NCBI GenBank assembly: GCA_965261395.1 | Contig: OZ253462.1 | Coordinates: 1,440,001-1,504,000, forward strand | Direction: 5' to 3' | DNA from: Candidatus Latescibacterota bacterium | Lineage (GTDB): Bacteria; Latescibacterota; UBA2968; UBA8231 | Length of the DNA stretch: 64,000 bases | Shown here: in pieces, positions 38,123 to 47,486 of the stretch | Layout of the letters: each line of letters begins with the position of its first letter | Numbering within the stretch: the first letter of the stretch is position 1 | Program-made: the position numbers and the translations under genes | The notes under the pieces: generated by a model | Told to the model about the DNA's origin: nothing | What the model saw: only the letters and a program-made list of their open reading frames with translations | The model's database searches: none

Positions 38123-39250
38123 GTGTCATTGAGAGTTGCAGCTATGATATGGTCGCTCACGCTGAGCACCCCGTGCCTAGTTCACGCCGATTCATCGTTG
38201 CGGATCAAGCCCTTTTTTGACCTCCGCTATCAGTACGAAGACAATGTCTTTCAGGTGCCGACAGAACGGGGCGAACAACGGGATTTTGCCGCGTATATAT
38301 GGGCAGGGGTCGATGTCAGGGCCGAGCTTGATTCCCGCACGCGCATCGCCGTACGCTATGAGATGGCCCCGCGTCGCTTCGCCGACGTAACCCGGAAGAA
38401 TCGCTACGATCACCTGCTGTCAGGTCTTTGGCACCGCAAGCTTTCCCGCGATGCCACGCTCCTGACCGTCGCCAACCTCGGCCTGCGGCACCAACCCAAT
38501 GACCGCATCAACGAATACTTCAAGCAAGATATCAGCGGTCAACTCCAGATACGGTGGAACCCGTCGTGGTCGTCCCGATTCGGGGCCGAGCTGCGGAACA
38601 AGTACTTTCCCAACAGCAAAAGCAGCACGTATAGCAGTGTCATGGTCGAAGGCGGGCTCAGACGGCGGCTCAGCGCGATTGCAGATGTTTCCGCTGGCTA
38701 TCAGGTTCGCGCGTACCGAGGCGTTATTGACCCGAGAATCATCATATCCGACCTCAACGAGCACGTGGGCGGGATCCGCCAGACCGCCAGCCTCGGGTTT
38801 GAGGGCATGGCCTTGGGGCGGGTGTTGCTGAATTTGAAATATCAGTTCGAAATTGATCTAGCCACCCGCGAACTCCCGCGCCACGAACCCTTCTCTCGCG
38901 AGCCTGAGCAAGGGGGCGAATTCGGCCATCACAACGACGACGCGGACGATGTCGATTTCAACTTCGCCAACCACCGTATAGGGTCTTTGTTCATCTGGCG
39001 ACTCGCGCCGCGTTCCAACGCGAGCCTTGCTGCGCGTCGTCATTTCAAGTTATACCAGGATTGGATCGTGTCCGGGACCGGCACCAAACGGCGCGACAAC
39101 CTCACCCTGTTGCGCTTCGGCTTTAAGCAGGACCTCCGCGACAACCTTGCGGCGCGGCTGGAATATGCTTTTGCGACCAATGACTCGAACGACTCCACCC
39201 GGAGCTACGCCGACAACGCCTACTCGATGCAACTGCAATACTCTTTTTAA
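38123..39250 (+). CDS. Outer-membrane beta-barrel protein
   Basis: Signal peptide, YEDNVF, alternating strands, C-terminal LQYSF; acidic/His loop GHHNDDADD. Confidence 0.75.
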   Translation: MSLRVAAMIWSLTLSTPCLVHADSSLRIKPFFDLRYQYEDNVFQVPTERGEQRDFAAYIWAGVDVRAELDSRTRIAVRYEMAPRRFADVTRKNRYDHLLSGLWHRKLSRDATLLTVANLGLRHQPNDRINEYFKQDISGQLQIRWNPSWSSRFGAELRNKYFPNSKSSTYSSVMVEGGLRRRLSAIADVSAGYQVRAYRGVIDPRIIISDLNEHVGGIRQTASLGFEGMALGRVLLNLKYQFEIDLATRELPRHEPFSREPEQGGEFGHHNDDADDVDFNFANHRIGSLFIWRLAPRSNASLAARRHFKLYQDWIVSGTGTKRRDNLTLLRFGFKQDLRDNLAARLEYAFATNDSNDSTRSYADNAYSMQLQYSF

Positions 39251-39373
39251 TGGCCTGACCGTGCTGCCAACCTTGCTGCTACTAACGCTCGGCGATATAA
39301 TGTATCCCCCTTGCGGCAAGTTGCCCCTTACGTAGCGCAAAACACCCGATGTAGATTTGAGAAGGCTTTAGAC

Positions 39374-40534
39374 GTGCAAATACAATCCATCCGCGTAGTT
39401 GACCTCCGGCTTCCACACAATCCGCCCAAGACCGCAGGCCGCCGTCCCTCTTGGAACCAGAGCGCGCCGCGCTCGTTGCCGATTAACAAGTATCCAGAAT
39501 TTTCGCGCCTACCCGGCCAGATGCCGGGCATGGGCGGTGGGCCGGTATGGGTGCAGATCACGGCCGAAGACGGCACTTGGGGTTTGGGCGGCTGCTCCTT
39601 TGGCGATCCGGTAGCCGCCATCGTCGAGCAGGTCTTCGCGCCCCTGCTGACGGGCCGCGATTGTCTGGCGACGGAATTTCTCAACGACCTGATGTGGCGC
39701 GCCGCTCAGCGCCTCGGTCATGCCGGTAGCGCGGCCGTTGCCCAAAGCGGGATTGATCTGGCGCTCTGGGACCTCAAAGGCAAGCTGCTGGGTCAGCCCG
39801 TGTACCGCCTGCTCGGCGGCCCCTGCCGCGACCATCTCGAACTCTACGCCACCGGCGACGACCTCGACTGGGGTCTCGAACTGGGGTTTAGCGCCTTCAA
39901 GGTTACCAATCCGGTTCACTATCGAGAGGGTCAGGAAGGACTCAATCGCCTCGAAGACAAAATCGCCCAAGCGCGCGAGACCATCGGCCCGGACTGCGAG
40001 CTGATGCTCAACGCGGTCATGTCCTACAACGTCGAATACGCCGTTCAAGTCGCCGAACGGCTCAGGCCCTATCAGATGCGCTGGATTGAGGAACCGCTGA
40101 TTCCCACGGATCTTGAAGGCCACATCGCGCTCAAGCGGGCCGCTCCGTACGTGCCCATCGCTACCGGCGAGGACCACCACGGCCGTCAAGCCTTCCGCCA
40201 GCTAGTCGAGCACCGCTGCGTCGATGTGCTGCAACCGGACCTCAAGTGGTGTGGCGGGCTTTCCGAAGCCGTCAAGATCTACTACATCGCCGAAGCCGCC
40301 GGCCTTGTCACCATCCCCCACGGCGGTGCTAACTCTGCCTACGGACAACACTTCGCCTTTGCCTTCCCCGAATCGCCCATGGCCGAGTACTGGCTCGGCT
40401 CGGCTCCGGGCATTCCTCTAGATGAAGTCCCCGTCATACCGGGTACGGCCGTGCCCCAGGACGGGCACTTGGTCCCTTCGGACGCGCCGGGTTTTGGCAT
40501 GGAAATAGAAGACGATTGGATAGTGCCGCGCTGA
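39374..40534 (+). CDS. Enolase-superfamily dehydratase (L-rhamnonate dehydratase-like)
   Basis: SGIDLALWDLKGK, WIEEPL, ATGEDH, QPDLKWCGG and APGFG. Confidence 0.85.
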   Translation: MQIQSIRVVDLRLPHNPPKTAGRRPSWNQSAPRSLPINKYPEFSRLPGQMPGMGGGPVWVQITAEDGTWGLGGCSFGDPVAAIVEQVFAPLLTGRDCLATEFLNDLMWRAAQRLGHAGSAAVAQSGIDLALWDLKGKLLGQPVYRLLGGPCRDHLELYATGDDLDWGLELGFSAFKVTNPVHYREGQEGLNRLEDKIAQARETIGPDCELMLNAVMSYNVEYAVQVAERLRPYQMRWIEEPLIPTDLEGHIALKRAAPYVPIATGEDHHGRQAFRQLVEHRCVDVLQPDLKWCGGLSEAVKIYYIAEAAGLVTIPHGGANSAYGQHFAFAFPESPMAEYWLGSAPGIPLDEVPVIPGTAVPQDGHLVPSDAPGFGMEIEDDWIVPR

Positions 40535-40537
40535 AGC

Positions 40538-40966
40538 ATGGCTGAACAGTTCGACCTATCCACCAACCCCGGCACCAGCCAGCGCCTAATTTTTGCCCTG
40601 TTGGGCATTGGCCAGTTGGTGTTGGGCACCATCGCCTTCCAGCGCGGCGGCTTCGCGTATGGACTCGCGGTGCTCGGCGGCGGGATCGCGGCGTTCTGCG
40701 CGGCGGCTTTCTTCGTCCACCGCCTCCATCGGCGCTTGGTCTGGCTAGGACCGGAGGGCGTGACCGTCGAAGAGGGTCTGTTTGGCCGGCAGACCTTGGC
40801 GTGGGCCGAGGTCAAAAAGGTGAGTGTGTCGCCGGCCGCGACGGTGTTCCACACGGCGACGGGCGAAGATATTGTCCTCCCCAACGCGGCCGGCCAATCG
40901 CCAGATATCGCCCCATTTTTAGCGCGGTTGCGCGCCTTGGTGGACGAGCACGAACTGCGCGGTTAG
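40538..40966 (+). CDS. Small membrane protein (2 TM plus PH-like domain)
   Basis: Two hydrophobic helices followed by EGVTV...LAWAEV. Confidence 0.6.
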   Translation: MAEQFDLSTNPGTSQRLIFALLGIGQLVLGTIAFQRGGFAYGLAVLGGGIAAFCAAAFFVHRLHRRLVWLGPEGVTVEEGLFGRQTLAWAEVKKVSVSPAATVFHTATGEDIVLPNAAGQSPDIAPFLARLRALVDEHELRG

Positions 40967-40977
40967 AACTGTTTGCC

Positions 40978-41430
40978 CTATTCGGGTGCAGACCCGTTCT
41001 GCTTAGGTTGTGCGGCGGCGAGGTGGGTTTCGATTTTGCCGACGATCTCAGCGGCGGAGTTTTGCGTGGTCACCGTTTCCAGCAGAGTGTGGTCTTGGGC
41101 GTTGATGAGCAGGACGAGGCCGGTTTGGTTGTTGGCCTTGAAGTGGTCTTCTACGTTGAGGGCCGCGGCAAGCAGGCGGGCTTGGGATGTCAACGTAGAG
41201 TCGGTGACGTCCAATTGGACGAAGAGGACGGGCTGATCGGCTACCCCGGCTTGGACTTCTTCTAGGATTGGCACGAGGGCCGTGCAGGAGCCGCACCAAT
41301 CGGCGTGGACTTTGACTACGTACAAGGCCGGATCGCCTTCGCCTTCTACCTGGACGGTGCCGGCGAGGGTGGGGGCCGGGGCTAGTAAAAGGGCTAAGGC
41401 GGTGAGGGTGAGGACGTATTTGGTCAGCAT
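40978..41430 (-). CDS. Secreted thioredoxin-like protein
   Basis: Signal peptide; HADWCGSC. Confidence 0.85.
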   Translation of the reverse strand: MLTKYVLTLTALALLLAPAPTLAGTVQVEGEGDPALYVVKVHADWCGSCTALVPILEEVQAGVADQPVLFVQLDVTDSTLTSQARLLAAALNVEDHFKANNQTGLVLLINAQDHTLLETVTTQNSAAEIVGKIETHLAAAQPKQNGSAPE

Positions 41431-41489
41431 GATTTGCTCCCTATTTAGAGAAGTTGTGGTGTGATCGGGTCGAAGTCAGTCCGTCGGAA

Positions 41490-41515
41490 GACGTCCTGAC
41501 TCGCCGAGGGGTTCC
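41490..41515 (-). promoter_or_regulatory. Possible ECF sigma promoter
   Basis: Minus strand GGAAC-N17-CGTC, ~60 nt upstream of the thioredoxin-like gene. Confidence 0.35.
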
Positions 41516-41523
41516 TCGATCTT

Positions 41524-41597
41524 AGGCCAATTCTCTATTGCATTCAACCCCTATCGCCGTTAGCGCGGCTGCGCGCCTTGTCCCGGATTGCCCCTAC
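41524..41597 (-). repeat. REP-like element overlapping a stop codon
   Basis: Minus strand GTAGGGGCAATCC...GAATTGGCCT; same GTAGGGGCA start as 32965-32990. Confidence 0.4.
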
Positions 41598-42409
41598 GAT
41601 TTGGATAGCGAGCGCAAGTAGTCGCGGAATTCGACGGTGTCGGTGAGGTTGTTGCCCCCGAACTCCAACTCGAGCCAGCCGTTGTATCCCGTTTGATCCA
41701 TGATATTGAGAATGTGCGGCCAGTCGAGTTCGTCGTCTGCCAAGGAGGTCACGCCGCTCTGGCTGTTGACGCCGCGCACATGGAAGTGCGTGGCGTGCTG
41801 GAGCAGCGGATCGACCTCGTCGGTCGCGAAGCCGCGCGGGACGAAGTGGCCGTAGTCGAGCGTCAGGGTCAGCCCCGGGACCGCTTGTACCAACGCGGCG
41901 GCGCGCTCGGGGGTGTTGGCGAGCGAGCCGATGTGCGGCTCTATGGCGAAGACGACGTCGTGCGTCTGCGCCTGCTCCACTCGCCACGCCAGCTCCTCGG
42001 CGGCGCGGGCCGTAGAGTCGGGTTTTGGCTCGTGATCGAAGAAGGCTCCGGGTAGGCCGGTGACGTGCTTGCCGTCGCACTCGGCCGCGTAGTCGAGGAC
42101 CTTGAGGAAAGCTTCGCGCGCGTGGTGGCGGATCTCGGGCTGTGGGTGGTTGACGGCGTGGGATTCGTAGTCGAGGGCCAGTTGCAGGAACAGGTCAGCG
42201 GCGACTAGGCCGTTGTCCGCTAGCTGCTGCCCGAGGGCGCGCCCAGAGCGCTGGACGTTTTCGAACTCAGTGGAAGGCTGCAAGTGCGAGCGATCTTCGA
42301 AAAGCCCAATATCCACGCCCTTTAGCCCCAGCATGGAGATGAGCGTCAATACTTGCTCGTGTGGCAGGATGGGAAAGGTAAAGTCAGCGCACGCTAGTTT
42401 GAGCTGCAT
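41594..42409 (-). CDS. Sugar phosphate isomerase/epimerase
   Basis: AIEPHIGS, TLDYGHF, HFHVRG and GYNGWLELE; GGAGG RBS. Confidence 0.85.
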   Translation of the reverse strand: MQLKLACADFTFPILPHEQVLTLISMLGLKGVDIGLFEDRSHLQPSTEFENVQRSGRALGQQLADNGLVAADLFLQLALDYESHAVNHPQPEIRHHAREAFLKVLDYAAECDGKHVTGLPGAFFDHEPKPDSTARAAEELAWRVEQAQTHDVVFAIEPHIGSLANTPERAAALVQAVPGLTLTLDYGHFVPRGFATDEVDPLLQHATHFHVRGVNSQSGVTSLADDELDWPHILNIMDQTGYNGWLELEFGGNNLTDTVEFRDYLRSLSKS

Positions 42410-42476
42410 GGATCCTCCGTTATTTGTCAAGGCTTCGCCTAGCAGAGAAAGGCCGTTTATTCCAATCCCTGTATTA

Positions 42477-44558
42477 CTACCACCACGTAGGAACACCTAG
42501 GATAGTTGCCCGCCGTTGGCGGGTTTCTACAATCATATTGGTGTCGGTGGAATAGACGCGACGGATCGGGTCTTTCGAGACAACACCCCCTAAGTACTGG
42601 CCATCCTCGCGGAACCAGCGCAAGCTCTTCTTTTCAAGGAGCCCGAAAGAAGTCTGCGCGACGACTAGATCACCACCATCGAAGGTATCGACAAGAGTGA
42701 GCAACGCGTCATCGCGCAGTACATAGAGCCGCGTGTCCGTAAGCAAGTAGATATAATTACCCGTGTCCACGATCCTGCGGGGTACACTGCCGATGTCATA
42801 AACCCGTACGCCCTCTCCCTTGTCATTGACCAGAACGACGCGGCCGGAGTACCCGGCGAGATAGACCGCGTCCGATTTCGCTGCGAAGCCAGCAGCATAT
42901 ATCCAGTCGGCGGCATAAATCTCGTCGCTGACCATGCTTCTGGTGAATTTGATTCCACCCGTCTCAAACTCCTTGCTTTCCATCTCGTGGACGAAGGTGG
43001 CACCGGTAAAGCGTGGGAGTGCACTCGCTTCGATGCCGGTCAATACCTCCGCCGCCGCAGTAAGTGCCTTCATCTTATCGCTGGCCTCGGGGTCTCCCGG
43101 GTTGAGGTCGGGATGCCATTGCTTGCCGAGATCCCAATAGCGCCGTTTTAGGATCTCCGGGGTGATTGGGAATGACAGGCCCATGAGGGTGAGCGCACGG
43201 TCTATGTCGGTGCTTGTCCCGAATTCGCTGCTTGGCGTGGCGACCCGTGTCCAGCCTTCCTTGACTGGCAGCTTGGTGCCCCATAGCCCCCTTCCGCCGA
43301 TGTCCACGCACCACGCCTCATCCACCGTGGTAAAGAGGTAGCGGTTCGCATCCCGTGAAAGCGCGACGCAGCGAATATGATTCTTGAGTTGATCGTCCGG
43401 GATATCAAACCGCTTCCTCAAGGCGAGGATCTCGGGCGCATCAATGAGAGAAGTTTCCAGCATCGGATCGCATTGGTCGTCGTAAGCGTGGACGATACAG
43501 TCCCGCGACATAGCGATCAAACCACGGCCGATAGGGTGGACGCCGACACGGGACACGCCGTGCTGGAGCCTCTTCTTCACCGCCAACTCACCAGCTCGGT
43601 CGTAACGCAGAGCCGCCGCCTCAATCTGACCGAGACCATCGGCCTTGCCGAGATCGTCGATCATCACGATTCCGGAATCGGTTGGGTACATTTGACGAAA
43701 GGCGGTGTCCGGACGTTGAGATGGCGGTATCTTCTCGACGGTCGCGATACGCCAGTTGGAGTCACGAACCTCGAAAGGATCCTTCGCTTCGGAAATCATC
43801 GCCCGCTCGCGCCCGGTCTGCTCCTCCTCCCATCGCTCTGGTGCGCGTGGTAACGGCACGTAGTTGAGAGAAGATACGTCGATCTCCCGCAGTCTCGGTG
43901 GCTTTTGGTCGGTCCGATGCGACTTAATGATCCGTTTCTGGGGAGGTGCTGGAATATCCGGTGAATCTGATGGCAAGAGCCTGTACGTGCGGCCCGCCTT
44001 AACCCGTACGATCTTCTTGGCTTTATCGAGATAGGAGATGAGGTTCGCGACCCGGCGACCGTCTACTTCTCCGATCAGTCCCTTGACCTCAGTCTGGAGG
44101 CAGTTCGGCTGAGTGGCGACCGCCTCAAGGATGGCTTTGAATAGCTGCCGGTCCAGCTGGTGTCGCTGGATTTCCTCGGTCCACGGCTCGAGCTCTGGCA
44201 TAGACGCTATGATCTCACTCATCCAAGTGAGACCCTCATCATCACCGACGAGAGCGAGGACCGTCCCACCCTGCTGCAGAGCGGGAATCATACCAATGGC
44301 GAAGGATCCGTAATCGCTGCACCATTCCTTCACCAAGCCAGGGATGTACCGGAGGTTCTCATGCACGAGCCGTGCGGCCTCTTCAAAGTCACGTCTGGAG
44401 ACGGCTGCCTGCATTCGGGACATGGTATCGAAATAGGCGTCACTGACCCGGTACTCGTGCGAGCAGGATGAATGGTGGAGAACCTGCTTCTCATCGTTGC
44501 TACGCTGGCTATTGGGTAAGGCAGCGTCCGTTCCGAACGATTGTCTGATAAAACGCAA
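42477..44558 (-). CDS. Multidomain protein with an internal DnaJ (J) domain
   Basis: LKRRYWDLGKQWHPDLNPGD...KMKALTAAAEVL; flanked by beta-rich regions; AGGAG RBS before TTG. Confidence 0.75.
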   Translation of the reverse strand: MRFIRQSFGTDAALPNSQRSNDEKQVLHHSSCSHEYRVSDAYFDTMSRMQAAVSRRDFEEAARLVHENLRYIPGLVKEWCSDYGSFAIGMIPALQQGGTVLALVGDDEGLTWMSEIIASMPELEPWTEEIQRHQLDRQLFKAILEAVATQPNCLQTEVKGLIGEVDGRRVANLISYLDKAKKIVRVKAGRTYRLLPSDSPDIPAPPQKRIIKSHRTDQKPPRLREIDVSSLNYVPLPRAPERWEEEQTGRERAMISEAKDPFEVRDSNWRIATVEKIPPSQRPDTAFRQMYPTDSGIVMIDDLGKADGLGQIEAAALRYDRAGELAVKKRLQHGVSRVGVHPIGRGLIAMSRDCIVHAYDDQCDPMLETSLIDAPEILALRKRFDIPDDQLKNHIRCVALSRDANRYLFTTVDEAWCVDIGGRGLWGTKLPVKEGWTRVATPSSEFGTSTDIDRALTLMGLSFPITPEILKRRYWDLGKQWHPDLNPGDPEASDKMKALTAAAEVLTGIEASALPRFTGATFVHEMESKEFETGGIKFTRSMVSDEIYAADWIYAAGFAAKSDAVYLAGYSGRVVLVNDKGEGVRVYDIGSVPRRIVDTGNYIYLLTDTRLYVLRDDALLTLVDTFDGGDLVVAQTSFGLLEKKSLRWFREDGQYLGGVVSKDPIRRVYSTDTNMIVETRQRRATILGVPTWW

Positions 44559-44618
44559 TATTATTCTCCTTAAACGAAAATTTCCTAACGTATCATTGCT
44601 GAGTGAGGGAATCTTTAA

Positions 44619-46145
44619 TTAAGGCGCGTACAGATTGTGCGATCGGTATTGAAAAAAGATCATCCGCCGATTTTGCTCCCCCGTCCACGGATAAGCTCCG
44701 TGCGCCTGCGCCGACCCCAAGAATAGCAGCACGTCGCCCGCCTTCATGGCCACGTGTTTGACCAACCCCATTTCGTTTTCGCAGGTGTGGATGCCGTCGG
44801 GCATGGGATAGGCGGTTTTGTGCGAGCCGGGCACGCAGACAAAGCCCCCGTCGGCCGGCGTCACATCGCGCAATTGCCAAGCCACGTTGAGATATTCGGC
44901 GTACACGCGGCCATTCTGCTGCCGGTAGTGGTTAGTCGCCTTGGCTGGCGTGGCCGGGGAGTGCAAAGAGTGCCCGGACGACCCTTTTCCGGACAGGAAG
45001 CCGTTGCACATCATGCACTCGAAGCCGCTGCCCATGATCCAGTTCAGGCGCTGGACGAGTGCCGGATCGGCGATCATGCGCTGGAACGGCTCGCCGTATG
45101 GCGCGGGCAAGCCCCACGGGTTGCCCATGGACGAGCGGCCGACCCCGGTGCCGGCTAGCGGCGTTGAATCGCCGGCAGCCGATCCGCCGTGGCTAATCCG
45201 GTCGGGATTTTGGTCGATAGATTCGTTGGCCGCTGCCAGCCATTCCTCGTCCATCACCCCCCGCAAAACGAGGTGGCCGCACAGATCCCAGTGGAAAAAT
45301 TCCTTTTCGTCAATCTCGGAATCTGGGTCGCGGATGTAGATCGAGGGATGGAAAACCCCTGGTTCCTCTGCCAGCCAAACCTTTTCGCCGTCCGAATGCA
45401 CCACTGGCGGCGGGTACGGGCGGTTGGGATTGTGCAAGACGGCGCGCTGGATATCGGTCAGATCGTCGGCCCACTCGGGCAGCGCGCTGTCGTCGCCGCG
45501 GATTTCGGACGCCGCCCCTGGCCGCACGGCGGAGCTGATGTACCCGCATTCGAGTAGGCGTTGCGGCCCCGCGCCCTGCCAAGGCCGCAAGCCCCGCATC
45601 AGCGACTCGGTGCAGAGCAGGAGGTCGCCCGCCTGCAAGACCGGCTGCTCGACGAGTTCCATAGGATCGGTTCCGTCAATTAGGTCTTGCGGGGCCGGGA
45701 CCGTGCTGTTGTGGCTGGCCGGTACTACCACCAATCCTCCATCCTCTGCGCCCACGTCCGCCAGCGCCCAGAAGGCCCGCACCCCCTGGCAGAAGCGATT
45801 CCCATTGTACTGGCGATACGCCCGCGACCAATCCACCCACTCGTCGCCCCCCGACAGGTCCGTCGCTTCGGCGCATGACTCGACGAGCCGCGGCGATTCG
45901 TCGAGCCGGAAGTCCTCACCGCAAATTTGCTCCAGATACTGCATTAGCACTGGATGCTCGCGCAGGGCGCGCAGGGGATTGCAAGCGGGCGACGTCCAGC
46001 GCAGCGGACCGTTATCAAACGCTAGCTGGTCCAGTGCCTGATTGCAGGCGTTCAGTTCGGCTGCCGTCAGGACGCTGGGGACGATCATGTACCCCGCTAC
46101 GTCGAAGCGGTAGTTTTCTTCGTTGGTCATCGTCTTGTCGTCCAT
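44619..46145 (-). CDS. Tandem double PhyH-family dioxygenase
   Basis: Two domains, each with (F/W)DxxG...W.L.DV...GG...VP.SH...AGD.LL. Confidence 0.85.
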   Translation of the reverse strand: MDDKTMTNEENYRFDVAGYMIVPSVLTAAELNACNQALDQLAFDNGPLRWTSPACNPLRALREHPVLMQYLEQICGEDFRLDESPRLVESCAEATDLSGGDEWVDWSRAYRQYNGNRFCQGVRAFWALADVGAEDGGLVVVPASHNSTVPAPQDLIDGTDPMELVEQPVLQAGDLLLCTESLMRGLRPWQGAGPQRLLECGYISSAVRPGAASEIRGDDSALPEWADDLTDIQRAVLHNPNRPYPPPVVHSDGEKVWLAEEPGVFHPSIYIRDPDSEIDEKEFFHWDLCGHLVLRGVMDEEWLAAANESIDQNPDRISHGGSAAGDSTPLAGTGVGRSSMGNPWGLPAPYGEPFQRMIADPALVQRLNWIMGSGFECMMCNGFLSGKGSSGHSLHSPATPAKATNHYRQQNGRVYAEYLNVAWQLRDVTPADGGFVCVPGSHKTAYPMPDGIHTCENEMGLVKHVAMKAGDVLLFLGSAQAHGAYPWTGEQNRRMIFFQYRSHNLYAP

Positions 46146-46270
46146 AAGGTCCTCCTCGCGGTTCTCGGCCGGATCGACAGATCCCTTTGTGATTACTCGG
46201 CAATTTGGTATCATAGTAGCCCGTAAAAAAATGACGCGCAACTAACGCCTTATGGCAGAGGAGGTTCGCC

Positions 46271-47275
46271 GTGAAAATCACCCAAGTAGAGCTATACGAA
46301 GTCGAAATCCCGCCGATCCCGGTGATCGCCCGCTACTTTCCCAAGATCTACGATATCACCCTCTGCCGCGTGCAAACGGACGAGGGCTTGGAGGGCTGGG
46401 GCGAGTTCCTCAGCAAAAAGTCTGCTGGTCAGGAGCAAGCCGACGCCCTCGTGGGCCAAGACCCGCTGGCCTTGGACCCGTACAACCGTCCAGACGCTTT
46501 CACCTGCGCCTTGCTCGACATTGCGGGTCAAGCCTACGGCATTCCGCTGCACCGCTTCTTTGGGGCGCAGGTGCGCGACAAGGTGCCGGTGTCGTACTGG
46601 TCGTGCCCCATGACGCCAGAAGAGACTGCGGCCGAGGCGGAAATAGGGGCCGAGCAGGGCTTTAGTAACCACAAGCTCAAGGCGCGCTCGTGGAATATCG
46701 TCGAGACGGTGCGGCTGATGAAAGAAGCGGCGGGTGCCGACTACACGGTCGGCATTGATCCCAATACTGAATTCGCCCTGCTGCCCACTGGCGCGCGCTT
46801 GGCGAGCGAATTGGAGCCTTTTGGCACGGTGTCGGTCTTTGAAGATCCCATCCTCAAAAACAACCTCGAATGGTACCGCATCCTGCGCGAAAAGACCCAC
46901 ATCCCCATCGCCCTGCACTTGGGAGCACCGTCCGGCGTGCTGGCGGCGCTCAAGGCCGAGTGCATCGACTACGTGAATTTGAGCGGCTCGGCGATGCAAG
47001 TGCGGAAGGCAGCGGCGCTGGCGGAGGCTGCGGACGTGCCCTGCTGGATCCAGATGGGCGGGTTGTGTACCGGGGTGATGGCGGCCTACTCGGTGCATCT
47101 ACAGGCGACGTTGCCCAACGCGACGCTGCCTTGCGATGAGCTGCCCTTTACGCGGGAGGCCGATGTTGTGGCCGAGGGGTTGGCGCTGGAGAAGGGGCAC
47201 TTTGCCGTGCCCACAGGGTCGGGGTTGGGGATCAAGGTTGATATGGAGGTGGTCGAGCGCTATCGCGTCGCTTGA
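46271..47275 (+). CDS. Mandelate racemase/muconate lactonizing enzyme family
   Basis: TDEGLEGWGE, ALLDIAG, HKLK, IDPN, FEDP and GLGI. Confidence 0.85.
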   Translation: MKITQVELYEVEIPPIPVIARYFPKIYDITLCRVQTDEGLEGWGEFLSKKSAGQEQADALVGQDPLALDPYNRPDAFTCALLDIAGQAYGIPLHRFFGAQVRDKVPVSYWSCPMTPEETAAEAEIGAEQGFSNHKLKARSWNIVETVRLMKEAAGADYTVGIDPNTEFALLPTGARLASELEPFGTVSVFEDPILKNNLEWYRILREKTHIPIALHLGAPSGVLAALKAECIDYVNLSGSAMQVRKAAALAEAADVPCWIQMGGLCTGVMAAYSVHLQATLPNATLPCDELPFTREADVVAEGLALEKGHFAVPTGSGLGIKVDMEVVERYRVA

Positions 47276-47288
47276 GAAAGAAAGACTC

Positions 47289-47486
47289 ATGAAGCCATTC
47301 GAGAAATGCCCAGTATGCAGCGGGGAGTTGGTGAGAAAGGACGTTGAAAAACTTCTCCATGGCGGAAAGCATACTGCCGTGATTAGCGTTTCTGCAGAAG
47401 TATGCCTTCATTGCGGAGAAAGATTGTATTCAGAGGATACAGTCAGACGTTTTGAAGAAATCCGTGTAAAACTAGCCCATGAATAA
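47289..47486 (+). CDS. YgiT-type zinc finger protein
   Basis: KCPVCSGEL...AEVCLHCGERLYS. Confidence 0.75.
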   Translation: MKPFEKCPVCSGELVRKDVEKLLHGGKHTAVISVSAEVCLHCGERLYSEDTVRRFEEIRVKLAHE

